Virus record (IMG/VR): IMGVR_UViG_3300022752_000098
Coordinates: 1 to 53,354 of that record
Length of the DNA: 53,354 nt
Source: a virus
Taxonomy: Duplodnaviria; Caudoviricetes
Strand: one strand, 5' to 3'
Of the stretch, positions 7,528 through 16,978 are shown one piece after another; within the stretch, counting starts at the first letter, position 1, and every line of letters begins with the position of its first letter. Made by a program: the position numbers and the translations under genes. Under the pieces are notes generated by a model. It made no database searches. It was not told where the DNA came from and saw nothing but the letters and a program-made list of their open reading frames with translations.

Positions 7528-9767
7528 TGACAAAAAAAGTCTTCGCGCTTGACACAAAGCCGGGCATCCAGCGCGATGGCACTGTCTTCGACAAAGAGTT
7601 CTACAACTCAGGTCGTTGGGTAAGGTTTCAGCGCGGTCGCCCTCGTAAGGTAGGTGGTTATAGGCAGATCACTGCTGGGATTTCAGGCCCCTCTCGCGGG
7701 ATCTACGTCAACCCACAGCAAAGCTTTAACAACGTGTTTAATGGGCACTCCAAGGGTTTGCAGGTTGTTCCTATTGACAACAACGGCGTGGGAGCTGGCG
7801 TGACTGATTTTACGCTGTCAAACTTTACCGCCTCGGACAATAACCTTTGGCAGTTTGATACGTTCTATGACGTAAGTGGTTCTGGGGATAACTTGCTGTT
7901 GGCGCACCCCGGTCAATCTCTTAACCTCATCGACAACAACATCAACACCCCTGTCTTAGGTGGAAACATCACTGGCACTAGTTTGTCCGCTATTGGTGTT
8001 TTTACTGATTCTATGTATTTGAACAGCACCACCACTGCTTACCTATCAACACAAAACCTTCAGATTGGCGCTGGTCAATCTATCTCTGGAACTGGTATTC
8101 CCTCTGGTACTACTGTTGTCTCAACCAACCTAGCCGTGCCTGTTCTGAATGCTGTAGCCGTAACTGGTATTGCTGGACAATGTTCTTGTACCTCGACAAC
8201 AGGTTTGTATATTGGTCAGACGGTAACTGTCTCTGGAACTAATACTGGAACAGCAACAGGTATTACCTCTGGAGTTAGGTATTACATCATTGCCACGAAC
8301 TACGCCACGACATTTACCTTGTCTGCCACTTCTGGCGGTGGAGCAATTGTTACCACGGCAGGAACAACTACTGGTTTGGTTTTCACCCTTGGACAGATTC
8401 AAAACGTGGTGATCTCTGCCGCGGCTACAACGTCTGGTGCTTCAACCATCACGTTTAACAACAACATCTCGGTTTCTGGTGGCGTTGTTTCTCTTCATCC
8501 TTATGTGTTCGTGTACGGTAATGACGGTTTGATCAAGAACTGTTCAGCGGGCAACATAAATGATTGGGTCTCAGCAGACGCTAATGAGGTCTCTGTAGCG
8601 ACTGGAAAGGTTGTCCAAGGGCTACCCGTCAGGGGCGGCTCAAACGCGCCTTCTGGGCTGTTTTGGAGCCTTGACAGCCTCATCCGTGTGTCATTCATTG
8701 GTGGTGCTGGAACTCCTCCCCAATACTGGCGCTATGACTTGATCTCTTCTCAGTCTTCTATCTTGTCTTCTCAGTCCGTTATTGAGTATGACGGTATCTA
8801 TTATTGGTGCGGTGTTGATCGATTCTTGCTTTACAACGGTGTTGTTAAGGAGATTCCGAACAACATGAACCAAAACTACTTCTTTGACAACTTAAACTAC
8901 GCCCAGCGCGAGAAGGTTTGGGTCTCAAAGGTTCCTCGTTTTGGTGAGATTTGGTGGTTCTACCCACGCGGTGATGCAACAGAGTGTACGGATGCGATCA
9001 TCTACAACATTCGTGAGAATACTTGGTACGACGCAGGCGAGGCTTTGGGCGCTCGTCGCTCTGCTGGTTACTTCTCTCAGGTCTTTCACTATCCAACTTG
9101 GGCGTCATGGGAGACCAATGAAGTTGGTGGCGTGAACGCAATCACATTAACCGCTGGTGGTACTTCTTACACCAACGGAACCTACACCAACCAAGCGCTT
9201 ACAGGTGGAAGCGGATCAGGCGCAACGGCTACGATTGTTGTGGCTGGAGGTATTGTTACCTCTGTGACAATCTTCTCCAAGGGCAAGAACTACGTTGTTG
9301 GTGACACCCTATCTGCCTCACTCCCAGTGGGTTCAGGTTTGATTATCACGGTCAATCAGGTGGTTAACTTTGTATCCTTGTGGCAACACGAGATTGGCAC
9401 TGATGCGGTTCAAGACATTTCAGCGTTTGCGATTGAGTCTTTCTTTGAGACAAATGACTTGGGTTTGGTCTCTGGAGGCCCATCCCAACCATCGCCAGTA
9501 GGTGAGAACAGATGGCTTCGCCTAGAGCGTATTGAGCCTGACTTTATCCAAGAAGGCGAGATGGCGGTCTACGTGACTGGTAGACCATTTGCGCAATCAA
9601 CGGACACGACGACAGGCCCTTACCCATTTGACCCAGATACTGGAAAAGTTGACATGCGCGAACAGCGTCGTGAGCTTCGCTTGAAGTTTGTCTCCAACGT
9701 GGCTGGTGGGGACTACCAAGTTGGTAAGATTCTCTTAGATGCTGATATTGGCGACGTGAGACCGTAA
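7527..9767 (+). CDS. Tail nozzle/stabilisation protein (P22 gp10-like) with inserted beta domains
   Basis: 746 aa; PGIQRDGT...WVRFQRGRPRKVGG; FGEIWWFYP; follows the adaptor. Confidence 0.65.
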   Translation: MTKKVFALDTKPGIQRDGTVFDKEFYNSGRWVRFQRGRPRKVGGYRQITAGISGPSRGIYVNPQQSFNNVFNGHSKGLQVVPIDNNGVGAGVTDFTLSNFTASDNNLWQFDTFYDVSGSGDNLLLAHPGQSLNLIDNNINTPVLGGNITGTSLSAIGVFTDSMYLNSTTTAYLSTQNLQIGAGQSISGTGIPSGTTVVSTNLAVPVLNAVAVTGIAGQCSCTSTTGLYIGQTVTVSGTNTGTATGITSGVRYYIIATNYATTFTLSATSGGGAIVTTAGTTTGLVFTLGQIQNVVISAAATTSGASTITFNNNISVSGGVVSLHPYVFVYGNDGLIKNCSAGNINDWVSADANEVSVATGKVVQGLPVRGGSNAPSGLFWSLDSLIRVSFIGGAGTPPQYWRYDLISSQSSILSSQSVIEYDGIYYWCGVDRFLLYNGVVKEIPNNMNQNYFFDNLNYAQREKVWVSKVPRFGEIWWFYPRGDATECTDAIIYNIRENTWYDAGEALGARRSAGYFSQVFHYPTWASWETNEVGGVNAITLTAGGTSYTNGTYTNQALTGGSGSGATATIVVAGGIVTSVTIFSKGKNYVVGDTLSASLPVGSGLIITVNQVVNFVSLWQHEIGTDAVQDISAFAIESFFETNDLGLVSGGPSQPSPVGENRWLRLERIEPDFIQEGEMAVYVTGRPFAQSTDTTTGPYPFDPDTGKVDMREQRRELRLKFVSNVAGGDYQVGKILLDADIGDVRP

Positions 9768-10027
9768 TGGCGAACATTCTCAACGTCTCACAGGTCTACG
9801 ATCCAAGGTATCATTCGTTTGAATCTTGGGCTTGCCTTATGGTTGAGCTTTATGGTGCTCAGAACTTGTCGATTCCTACACCGAACACAGATTGGAAAGA
9901 GTGGGCGGCGGGTTTGAAGGGTATTGATGTGTTTACGAACGAAGGCATCCCCGGGCCGTACATCTATAACGACTGGCAAGAATGGGCTGAAGCGCTCGTC
10001 AACGCAGTTAACCCAGCGGTAAATTAA
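9767..10027 (+). CDS. Hypothetical virion protein
   Basis: Trp-rich 86 aa; TAATG coupling. Confidence 0.65.
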   Translation: MANILNVSQVYDPRYHSFESWACLMVELYGAQNLSIPTPNTDWKEWAAGLKGIDVFTNEGIPGPYIYNDWQEWAEALVNAVNPAVN

Positions 10028-10029
10028 AA

Positions 10030-13000
10030 ATGGCAGAATCAATAATTACTACTCCGCCTGCGACTCTTCCTAGCTACGAGCGTGCGTATTCCGCTTTTGG
10101 TGGGAAAGAAGCCACTGATAACTTGCTTACGCAGTTAAGGGGTATGGGGTTATCTGAAGATGTTATTGAGTCTGCCATATCCCCGTACTACCAAACAGCT
10201 CCTACAGCAACAACTGGTGCTTTGAGTCAAGCCACAACTGGTACAGCAAATACTGGTGGTTTGTCTACTATCGCTAACCCATTGGTTACTGGTAACTGGG
10301 GTAATGACAATCTAACTTTAGCTGATGCCAAAACGGCTGGTTATACCGCTGGATCTACTACTGGGGCTACTACTGGATCAACAAGTGGTCTATCTACTAT
10401 TGCCAACCCATTGATTACTGGTAATTGGGGTAACGATAATTTGACATTGGCTGATGCGGCAAATAAAACCGCAAATACAGGCGCTTTAACACAAGTCACA
10501 ACTGGCGCAGACACTACAACAACTGGTGGCTTATCCACTTTAAACAACACGTCTGTTGTTACACCACCAGTTGCTGATCCTTATGATGCAATTTCAGCCG
10601 CATGGGGTCGCGGAGACTATGCGGCTACCAATAAACTTATTGCCGACTCTGGCTTAACAAAAGCAGACATCCAGTCTCATTACAACCTTGATGATGCAAC
10701 CATGAATTGGGTGCTCGGTCAGGGCATCAAAACTGCTGATACACCTGCTGTAACTACTGGAGCAGACACAACTAGCGGTTTGTCTGTCCTAAACAATACC
10801 GCTACAAGCACTGGAACTTCAGTTGGCACAAGCGTATCTACTAAAACGTCTACTGGCACATCGACACTGCTTGATAATTTACATGCGGCTTACCAGAAAC
10901 AAGGCGCAACAACTGGGACTATTGAAACAACCGAACAAGGTGATAAGGTAGTTTACAACCCCTCTGATTTGGGTGACGGTTGGATGGCGTGGGAGTTGCC
11001 TGCGGAGATTGTTGGCTATCAAGGTCAAGGTCAAGATGCAACACCAATTACAGCGCCAGCTCAGCTTGGTGGTTTTGCCAAGCATGTTGGCGATGTTGTA
11101 AATTATTACGACACAAACGGCACGTTCTTGTATTCCGCAAAAGATACAAGTACGTGGCAACAGGTTCTGTCTGATTTGCAACCACTTGTCATGGCGGCGT
11201 CTGGTTATTTGACCAGCCCAGCAGGTTTGGGTCTTGGATCGACCGTAGGTTCAACGGTTTCAAATACTCTTGGTCTTAATTTAAGTAATGCGGCGAACTC
11301 AGCGCTTGGTACAGGTTTATTAACTGGAACTCTGGCTCAAGCGACTGGTGGTGACTTTGTAACTGGTGCACTTGCTGGCGCCGCTACAGCTTCTCCTAAC
11401 CTGACAATTGGTGGAACAAGCCTTACGCTTGGGAATGTAAACCTCGCCTCCAAGTTATTGAAAGCTACAGATGTTGCATCTGTTTTGAACATCTTGTCTT
11501 CGGACAAATCCATCTCCAGTGCTATGAGTGGAGCTGTTGGCGCTGATACATCTGCCAAAGTGAGAGATGGGTTGTCTGTTGCCAGTGCAATTACAAACTT
11601 GCAATCTGGCAATACTGGCGCGGCTCTGAGCAACATTGCTAGTTTGACAAAGAGCTCAGATTTAAATATTGCTGGCGCGGCAACTTCATTGGTTCAGGCT
11701 ATTCAATCAGGAAACCAAAGCAACATTACGAATGCTTTTAACAACCTTGCAAATGCCACAAAAGCTAGTACAGCAACAACAACTGGAACTACTGGTACAG
11801 CCACAAAGACCTCTGGTTTAGACGCTGGATCTTTGACCAACTTGCAAGCCTTGTACGACAATAATTCAACCGCATTGGGTACACCGATTACTGGCGGATT
11901 GTCTGGTACAGATTCGTTTTCTACCGCGCTGAACAACTTGTCTGACACGCAACTTGCAAGTGTCAGTAAATTTGCCGACACCATGGCAAGCATCGAAGGT
12001 CAAGAGGGAACAAAGACAGCACTAGCATTTATTCCATTGGCTATTGATATTCTTGGTCATGGAGCTGTTGCGCTTGCCGCTTGGTTTGCAAGAGGGCCTA
12101 GCGGCGAAAAACCGACAGAACAAGAAGCAAGTTCTGTCGCCGCTACTGTTAACTTTATCAAAGACCCTAGCACAACCAAAGAGTCTCTAAAGGCGGCTGG
12201 TATCAATGTTACTGATGAGCAATTTAATCAGTTAAAAATAGCCGCGGCTGATCCGACAACTCAAGAAGCAATTGACACAATTTTTGTCACAGCCAAAAAA
12301 GAAAAAACCGTTCTGACCGAGGAAGAGAAAAAAGAACGTGACCAACAATTTGCTGATAAGTTTTCTCAATACGCTTCTAACTCAAGTTCTAGCGCAAGCA
12401 ACGATATAGCTTTGTCGGCATTCATTGCTTCTAAGAATGCTGGCGCTAGTGATGCTGATGCATTTGCGGCATCTCAGTTAGCTTCTGGTAAGTCCTTATC
12501 AGGCTCTTCAACTGCTGGTTCTACCTCTGCTTCCGCTGGATCAACTGCTGGATCATCTTCTGCGGCGGCTGGATCTACATCTACTAGTGGATCTACTGCT
12601 GGTGGATCTACTGCTGGAGGTTCTGGCGATGCTGGAGCGGCGGGTGCGGCTGGAGCTAATAGTGCTGGTTATGAATACGCCAAGAACAATCAAGGCTTGG
12701 ATTCGTACTACAACAGCATCAATGCCTTCTTAAGCGGCAATCCAACGCCTACACAAATTGCTGAAGCTAAAGCAAAGTTCGGTATCAGTGATGCAGACAT
12801 TGCCGCCGCCAAAGCACGTACAGGAACTACTGGTACTGGCTCTGGTTCTGCAACTACTGGAACTGGTGGCGGCAGTGGTACAGCGACTACTGGTACTGGT
12901 GGTGGTGTTCAAACAGGTACATCTGTTACCACAGGTACAAATGTTTCAACCAGCACATCTGTATCAACAGGTACTAATACTTCGACAAGCACGTCTGTTT

Positions 13001-14376
13001 CTACAGGTACATCAATTAGTACATCGACTGGCGTAAGTACATCAACAAACAGTAGCACTTCCACAGGTACATCTACTGGGACAAGTACAGGAACATCTAC
13101 AGGTACTTCCACGGGAACCAGCACAGGGACTTCAACTGGAACAAGTACGGGAACTTCCACAGGAACCTCCACGGGAACATCTACAGGAACTTCTACGGGA
13201 ACAAGTACAGGCACCTCAACTGGAACAAGTACTGGGACATCAACAGGTACTAGCACAGGTACTTCAACTGGTACATCTACGGAAACCAGCACTGGAACAT
13301 CTACAGGAACATCTACAGGAACATCTACAGGAACATCTACAGGAACGTCTACTGGTACATCGACTGGTACTTCTACTGGAACATCCACAGGAACCAGTAC
13401 GGGCACAAGTACGGGCACAAGTACAGGGACTTCTACTGGCACATCCACTGGAACTTCAACAGGAACTTCAACAGGAACGTCTACTGGTACATCTACAGGT
13501 ACAAGTACTGGAACCTCTACTGGCACTTCTACAGGAACATCGACAGGCACTGGAACGGGTACTGGGACAGGGACAGGGACTGGAACTAGAACTGGAACTG
13601 GGACAGGTACTGGAACGGGTACGGGTACAGGCACAGGCACAGGCACAGGCACAGGGACAGGGACAGGTACAAGCATTTCCACAAGTACTTCTATTCCAAG
13701 AACCACATCTACTTTTGTTGCTGGCACACCAGCTCAAGGTGGGCGTGGTAAACCAACCGAGTTCTTGAAGGAGCAACTCCTTAAGACTTACATGACCAAA
13801 GAAAGTTTTAAGGATCCCTTGGCACAATTTAATAAAATTCGCCAAGACATGGCTAAGGAAAACATGATGCAACAAGGCGTAGACCCTCGCTTGGCGGCGA
13901 TTTTGGCGGCTAAATCTGTTGGTGAAGAGCCACCACCAAAACAAACGTACAACTACGGCGAAGAGCCTGAGAGCATTGACGATATCCTTGGTCTAAAGAC
14001 TGAAGGTGATCGGGGTTATGCCCAAGGCGGATACGTACAACCACTTATGGCTCAAGGTGGCATGGCTTTGCCACTCTTGGCGGCAAAAGGTGGACTCCCT
14101 GCCATGCACAAGGGTCGCGAAGACTTCCGTGACGGCAAACACGTAGCTGGTGAGGGTGATGGTCAGTCTGACGACATCCCTGCCATGTTGGCTGACGGTG
14201 AGTTTGTTTTCCCTGCGGACGTGGTTTCTGCACTAGGAAATGGCTCAACAAAGGCAGGAACGGATAAACTATACGAAATGATGCATTCAATTCGTGATAG
14301 AGCGCGGTCTAAGGGGGCAAAAGACCTTCCCCCACCCGCATTGAAATCACCACTAGATTACCTAAAGAAACGGTAA
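10030..14376 (+). CDS. Large internal/ejection protein with S/T/G repeats and a C-terminal tape-measure-like GxGDGxSDDIPAMLxDGEFV domain
   Basis: 1448 aa; low-complexity repeats; YAQGG..MAQGG..HVAGEGDGQSDDIPAMLADGEFVFPADVV. Confidence 0.65.
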   Translation: MAESIITTPPATLPSYERAYSAFGGKEATDNLLTQLRGMGLSEDVIESAISPYYQTAPTATTGALSQATTGTANTGGLSTIANPLVTGNWGNDNLTLADAKTAGYTAGSTTGATTGSTSGLSTIANPLITGNWGNDNLTLADAANKTANTGALTQVTTGADTTTTGGLSTLNNTSVVTPPVADPYDAISAAWGRGDYAATNKLIADSGLTKADIQSHYNLDDATMNWVLGQGIKTADTPAVTTGADTTSGLSVLNNTATSTGTSVGTSVSTKTSTGTSTLLDNLHAAYQKQGATTGTIETTEQGDKVVYNPSDLGDGWMAWELPAEIVGYQGQGQDATPITAPAQLGGFAKHVGDVVNYYDTNGTFLYSAKDTSTWQQVLSDLQPLVMAASGYLTSPAGLGLGSTVGSTVSNTLGLNLSNAANSALGTGLLTGTLAQATGGDFVTGALAGAATASPNLTIGGTSLTLGNVNLASKLLKATDVASVLNILSSDKSISSAMSGAVGADTSAKVRDGLSVASAITNLQSGNTGAALSNIASLTKSSDLNIAGAATSLVQAIQSGNQSNITNAFNNLANATKASTATTTGTTGTATKTSGLDAGSLTNLQALYDNNSTALGTPITGGLSGTDSFSTALNNLSDTQLASVSKFADTMASIEGQEGTKTALAFIPLAIDILGHGAVALAAWFARGPSGEKPTEQEASSVAATVNFIKDPSTTKESLKAAGINVTDEQFNQLKIAAADPTTQEAIDTIFVTAKKEKTVLTEEEKKERDQQFADKFSQYASNSSSSASNDIALSAFIASKNAGASDADAFAASQLASGKSLSGSSTAGSTSASAGSTAGSSSAAAGSTSTSGSTAGGSTAGGSGDAGAAGAAGANSAGYEYAKNNQGLDSYYNSINAFLSGNPTPTQIAEAKAKFGISDADIAAAKARTGTTGTGSGSATTGTGGGSGTATTGTGGGVQTGTSVTTGTNVSTSTSVSTGTNTSTSTSVSTGTSISTSTGVSTSTNSSTSTGTSTGTSTGTSTGTSTGTSTGTSTGTSTGTSTGTSTGTSTGTSTGTSTGTSTGTSTGTSTGTSTGTSTGTSTETSTGTSTGTSTGTSTGTSTGTSTGTSTGTSTGTSTGTSTGTSTGTSTGTSTGTSTGTSTGTSTGTSTGTSTGTSTGTSTGTSTGTSTGTGTGTGTGTGTGTRTGTGTGTGTGTGTGTGTGTGTGTGTGTSISTSTSIPRTTSTFVAGTPAQGGRGKPTEFLKEQLLKTYMTKESFKDPLAQFNKIRQDMAKENMMQQGVDPRLAAILAAKSVGEEPPPKQTYNYGEEPESIDDILGLKTEGDRGYAQGGYVQPLMAQGGMALPLLAAKGGLPAMHKGREDFRDGKHVAGEGDGQSDDIPAMLADGEFVFPADVVSALGNGSTKAGTDKLYEMMHSIRDRARSKGAKDLPPPALKSPLDYLKKR
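10258..10459 (+). repeat. Internal duplication encoding GLSTIANPL(V/I)TGNWGNDNLTLADA twice
   Basis: Copies at ~10258-10329 and ~10387-10458 with synonymous differences. Confidence 0.85.
13057..13668 (+). repeat. Coding tandem repeat: 41 x 12-nt (TSTG) then 20 x 6-nt (TG)
   Basis: 13057-13548 = 41 tetrapeptides (one TSTE); 13549-13668 = 20 dipeptides (one TR). Confidence 0.92.
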
Positions 14377-14386
14377 GGAGCACACC

Positions 14387-15427
14387 ATGGGACTATTTAC
14401 TGGAGCCGCACCACCAGACGTAACCAAGACGCAAACAACGACGTCTACCACGCCTGACTACTACACGGACTATCTGTCCAAGCTTTCGCAGGCTGGGCAG
14501 TCCTACATGGGTTCTTTTGATCCAACAACAAAAGCCTATACCCCGCCGAACCAAGCTGATTTGATTACAGCGGGATCTCCTTACGTTGCACCGCTGACTG
14601 AAGAACAGAAAAACGTATTTAGTTACGCGCCTACAGCCTTGATGCGTTATCAAGATCCTCTTAACCAAGCTTTGACAGCAGGCAAGTCGGGCATGGATGT
14701 TAGCCAAGCTGACATCTCTAAGTTCTACAACCCATACGAAGAGGCTGTGGTTGGTGGACTAGGTGCACAAAGCGCTACAAACGTACAGCGTAATCTGATG
14801 CCTCAGCTTAAGGCTGGCTTTGTTGGCTCTGGTGGTTTGGGTAGCCAACGCTATGCAAACGCTCTTGGTCAGACCATGGGCGACGTAAACACTAATCTAT
14901 TGCAAGAGCAGAACAAGACTCGCATGGCTGGCTACAACACAGCACTTGATGCGGCTATGAAAGAAGCTCAGTTGTCAAACCAAGCATCTGCCGCACTGAC
15001 AGGTCTAGGTTCTGCTGAACAACAAGCCGCAACAACTGGTTTGAAGACTGGTGCTGATATTGGTGCTTTAGAGCAGGCGTACACACAGTCACAGATCAAT
15101 GCACCTCTGACTATGTCTTCTAATGTGGCTCAGTTGCTCAAGGGGTACACAGTGCCAACGGCGCAGACGCAGACGTATAAAGGCCCCGGCGACGTGTACC
15201 AGCCCTCCCCACTATCTCAGATTGCTAGTCTTGGCACTCTGTTGGCTAGTGGCTTCAACAATGCTGGTTCTGGTTGGGGTAACTTGTTGCTTAAAAAATT
15301 AGGTTCTTCTGCAACTTCTGCTGATGCCGATAAAATATTAAATGAGTACTTTAAAAGCAATAGTAATAGTACATTTGTAGATGAAAACGACAATCCTGTA
15401 AACGATACAACTGATTACGAGGATTGA
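14387..15427 (+). CDS. Putative ejection (DNA pilot-like) protein
   Basis: A/G/Q-rich; FYNPYEEAVV and GGLGSQRY segments typical of podovirus ejection proteins; AAGGAG RBS. Confidence 0.6.
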   Translation: MGLFTGAAPPDVTKTQTTTSTTPDYYTDYLSKLSQAGQSYMGSFDPTTKAYTPPNQADLITAGSPYVAPLTEEQKNVFSYAPTALMRYQDPLNQALTAGKSGMDVSQADISKFYNPYEEAVVGGLGAQSATNVQRNLMPQLKAGFVGSGGLGSQRYANALGQTMGDVNTNLLQEQNKTRMAGYNTALDAAMKEAQLSNQASAALTGLGSAEQQAATTGLKTGADIGALEQAYTQSQINAPLTMSSNVAQLLKGYTVPTAQTQTYKGPGDVYQPSPLSQIASLGTLLASGFNNAGSGWGNLLLKKLGSSATSADADKILNEYFKSNSNSTFVDENDNPVNDTTDYED

Positions 15428-15430
15428 AAA

Positions 15431-16978
15431 ATGGCACTTCCATCAAGCTTACTTAAAAAGCCTGTTGATCTTTCTGGTGATTCACCAGAAGATGAAGAAT
15501 ATAAACTTGACTTTAAAAAGTCTCAGGCTGATCTAAAAGCGGCTCTTGCCGCTCGTGAAAATCAACTGTTTGATCCAGTTCTGTTGGCGTTAGCCCAAGG
15601 GTTTGCCGCTCCTACTCGTTCTGGTGGCTTTGGTGAGTCATTAGGTACTGCCGCAGGCTTGGCTAATACTGCCGCACAAGCTCAGCAAAAAGGCTTGATG
15701 GAAAACGCACAGATGCGTATGCAATTAGCCCAGATGGGTTTAGAGCAAGGACGTAAAGAAAAAGCTCAAAACATGGTTAGCGGGTTGTTCAATCCTTCCG
15801 AGGGTGCACCAACTGTCGGTGCGCCTGCTGGGGCTTCCGTTTCTGAATCTAACCAACCATCTGCTCAGCCTACTGGTGGTATGCGCTCAATTACTGGTGC
15901 TGATATTTTCAAAATCAGTCAGTACGACAAAGACATGGGCGATGCTCTAGCCAAAGCAGTTGGCGTAGATAGGGATCGTTTCAAGATCTCGCAGAATGGT
16001 ATTGTGTTTGATACGGCTACAGAGAAGTACTTGAACATACCGATCCCCGGTCAAACTCAGTCTAAGTTTGATACGCCATTCGGCTCATTCAACATGACCC
16101 CTAACGAGTACGCACAGCTTGGTCAAGCAATATCTCAGGGTAAGGGCAGGGAATGGATGGACATGTGGCGTCAAGGCAAGATTGACGTATCTGGTCAACC
16201 TATCGCTGGCGCCGTACCCTCCCCTGCTAATGCCCCTGCTGGCGCTCCAGCACCAAATATTGTTGGACGTCAAACAACTTCTGATGCCGATATCGCCGCC
16301 GCCGCTAAGAAGGTAGAAGCTGAAGGAACTGCCAGAACTCGTATCGCACAAACCACAGAGGTCAAAGATGCCGCCAAAGCCGCTGTAACCTTGATTCCTT
16401 TGTACGACAGGGCTGAAAAGCTGTTGAAGACTAAAGGCATTGACACTGCTTTAGGTGTCCTTGAGAAGCCTGACTTCTTGGCTCAGATTGGTACTATTGC
16501 TGATGAAGGCATTCGGGTTGGCCCGTATGCCATCAACGCGCCAAGTATTCGTAAGATCGTTACAAACTTTGCACAAGATCAAAACGTGATCAATGCTCTT
16601 ACTGAGCTGGGTCAAGTAGAGGCAATGTGGCAGTTCGCTCAGCGTAAAGGTTTGGGTTCTGGAACGTCTGTGTCTAACATGGAACAGCAGTTGGTGAACG
16701 CGATGGGGCCGAACTTCAAAGACCCCAAAGACGCCTACGTCAAGAAACTTCAGTTCATGCGTGAGAAGGCTAACTTTGAGCAATTGCTTGGCAAAGAACT
16801 TTACCGCACTGGTTTGCAGTATGAGGACTACGTCAATTCAAACGACTTTGACCGCATTTTTGCTGACTACAGAACACGCTTAGAGCGCATCGGTGAAGTT
16901 AAGATGCCCCCAAAGCTTGGAGGCCCTGTTAACCCAGCGGCTGGTAATGATCTGCGTAAAAAGATAGGACTTCCATAA
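15431..16978 (+). CDS. Putative ejection protein
   Basis: LLALAQGFAAPTRSGGFGESLG; GTSVSNME near the C-terminus; position. Confidence 0.55.
   Translation: MALPSSLLKKPVDLSGDSPEDEEYKLDFKKSQADLKAALAARENQLFDPVLLALAQGFAAPTRSGGFGESLGTAAGLANTAAQAQQKGLMENAQMRMQLAQMGLEQGRKEKAQNMVSGLFNPSEGAPTVGAPAGASVSESNQPSAQPTGGMRSITGADIFKISQYDKDMGDALAKAVGVDRDRFKISQNGIVFDTATEKYLNIPIPGQTQSKFDTPFGSFNMTPNEYAQLGQAISQGKGREWMDMWRQGKIDVSGQPIAGAVPSPANAPAGAPAPNIVGRQTTSDADIAAAAKKVEAEGTARTRIAQTTEVKDAAKAAVTLIPLYDRAEKLLKTKGIDTALGVLEKPDFLAQIGTIADEGIRVGPYAINAPSIRKIVTNFAQDQNVINALTELGQVEAMWQFAQRKGLGSGTSVSNMEQQLVNAMGPNFKDPKDAYVKKLQFMREKANFEQLLGKELYRTGLQYEDYVNSNDFDRIFADYRTRLERIGEVKMPPKLGGPVNPAAGNDLRKKIGLP

Noticed and set aside
13057-13668. 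Possible CRISPR array
   Set aside because: In-frame coding repeat with wobble variation and no unique spacers
12909-13727. 272-aa minus-strand ORF of VPVD/VPVE repeats
   Set aside because: Antisense shadow of the TSTG repeat; no RBS or operon context
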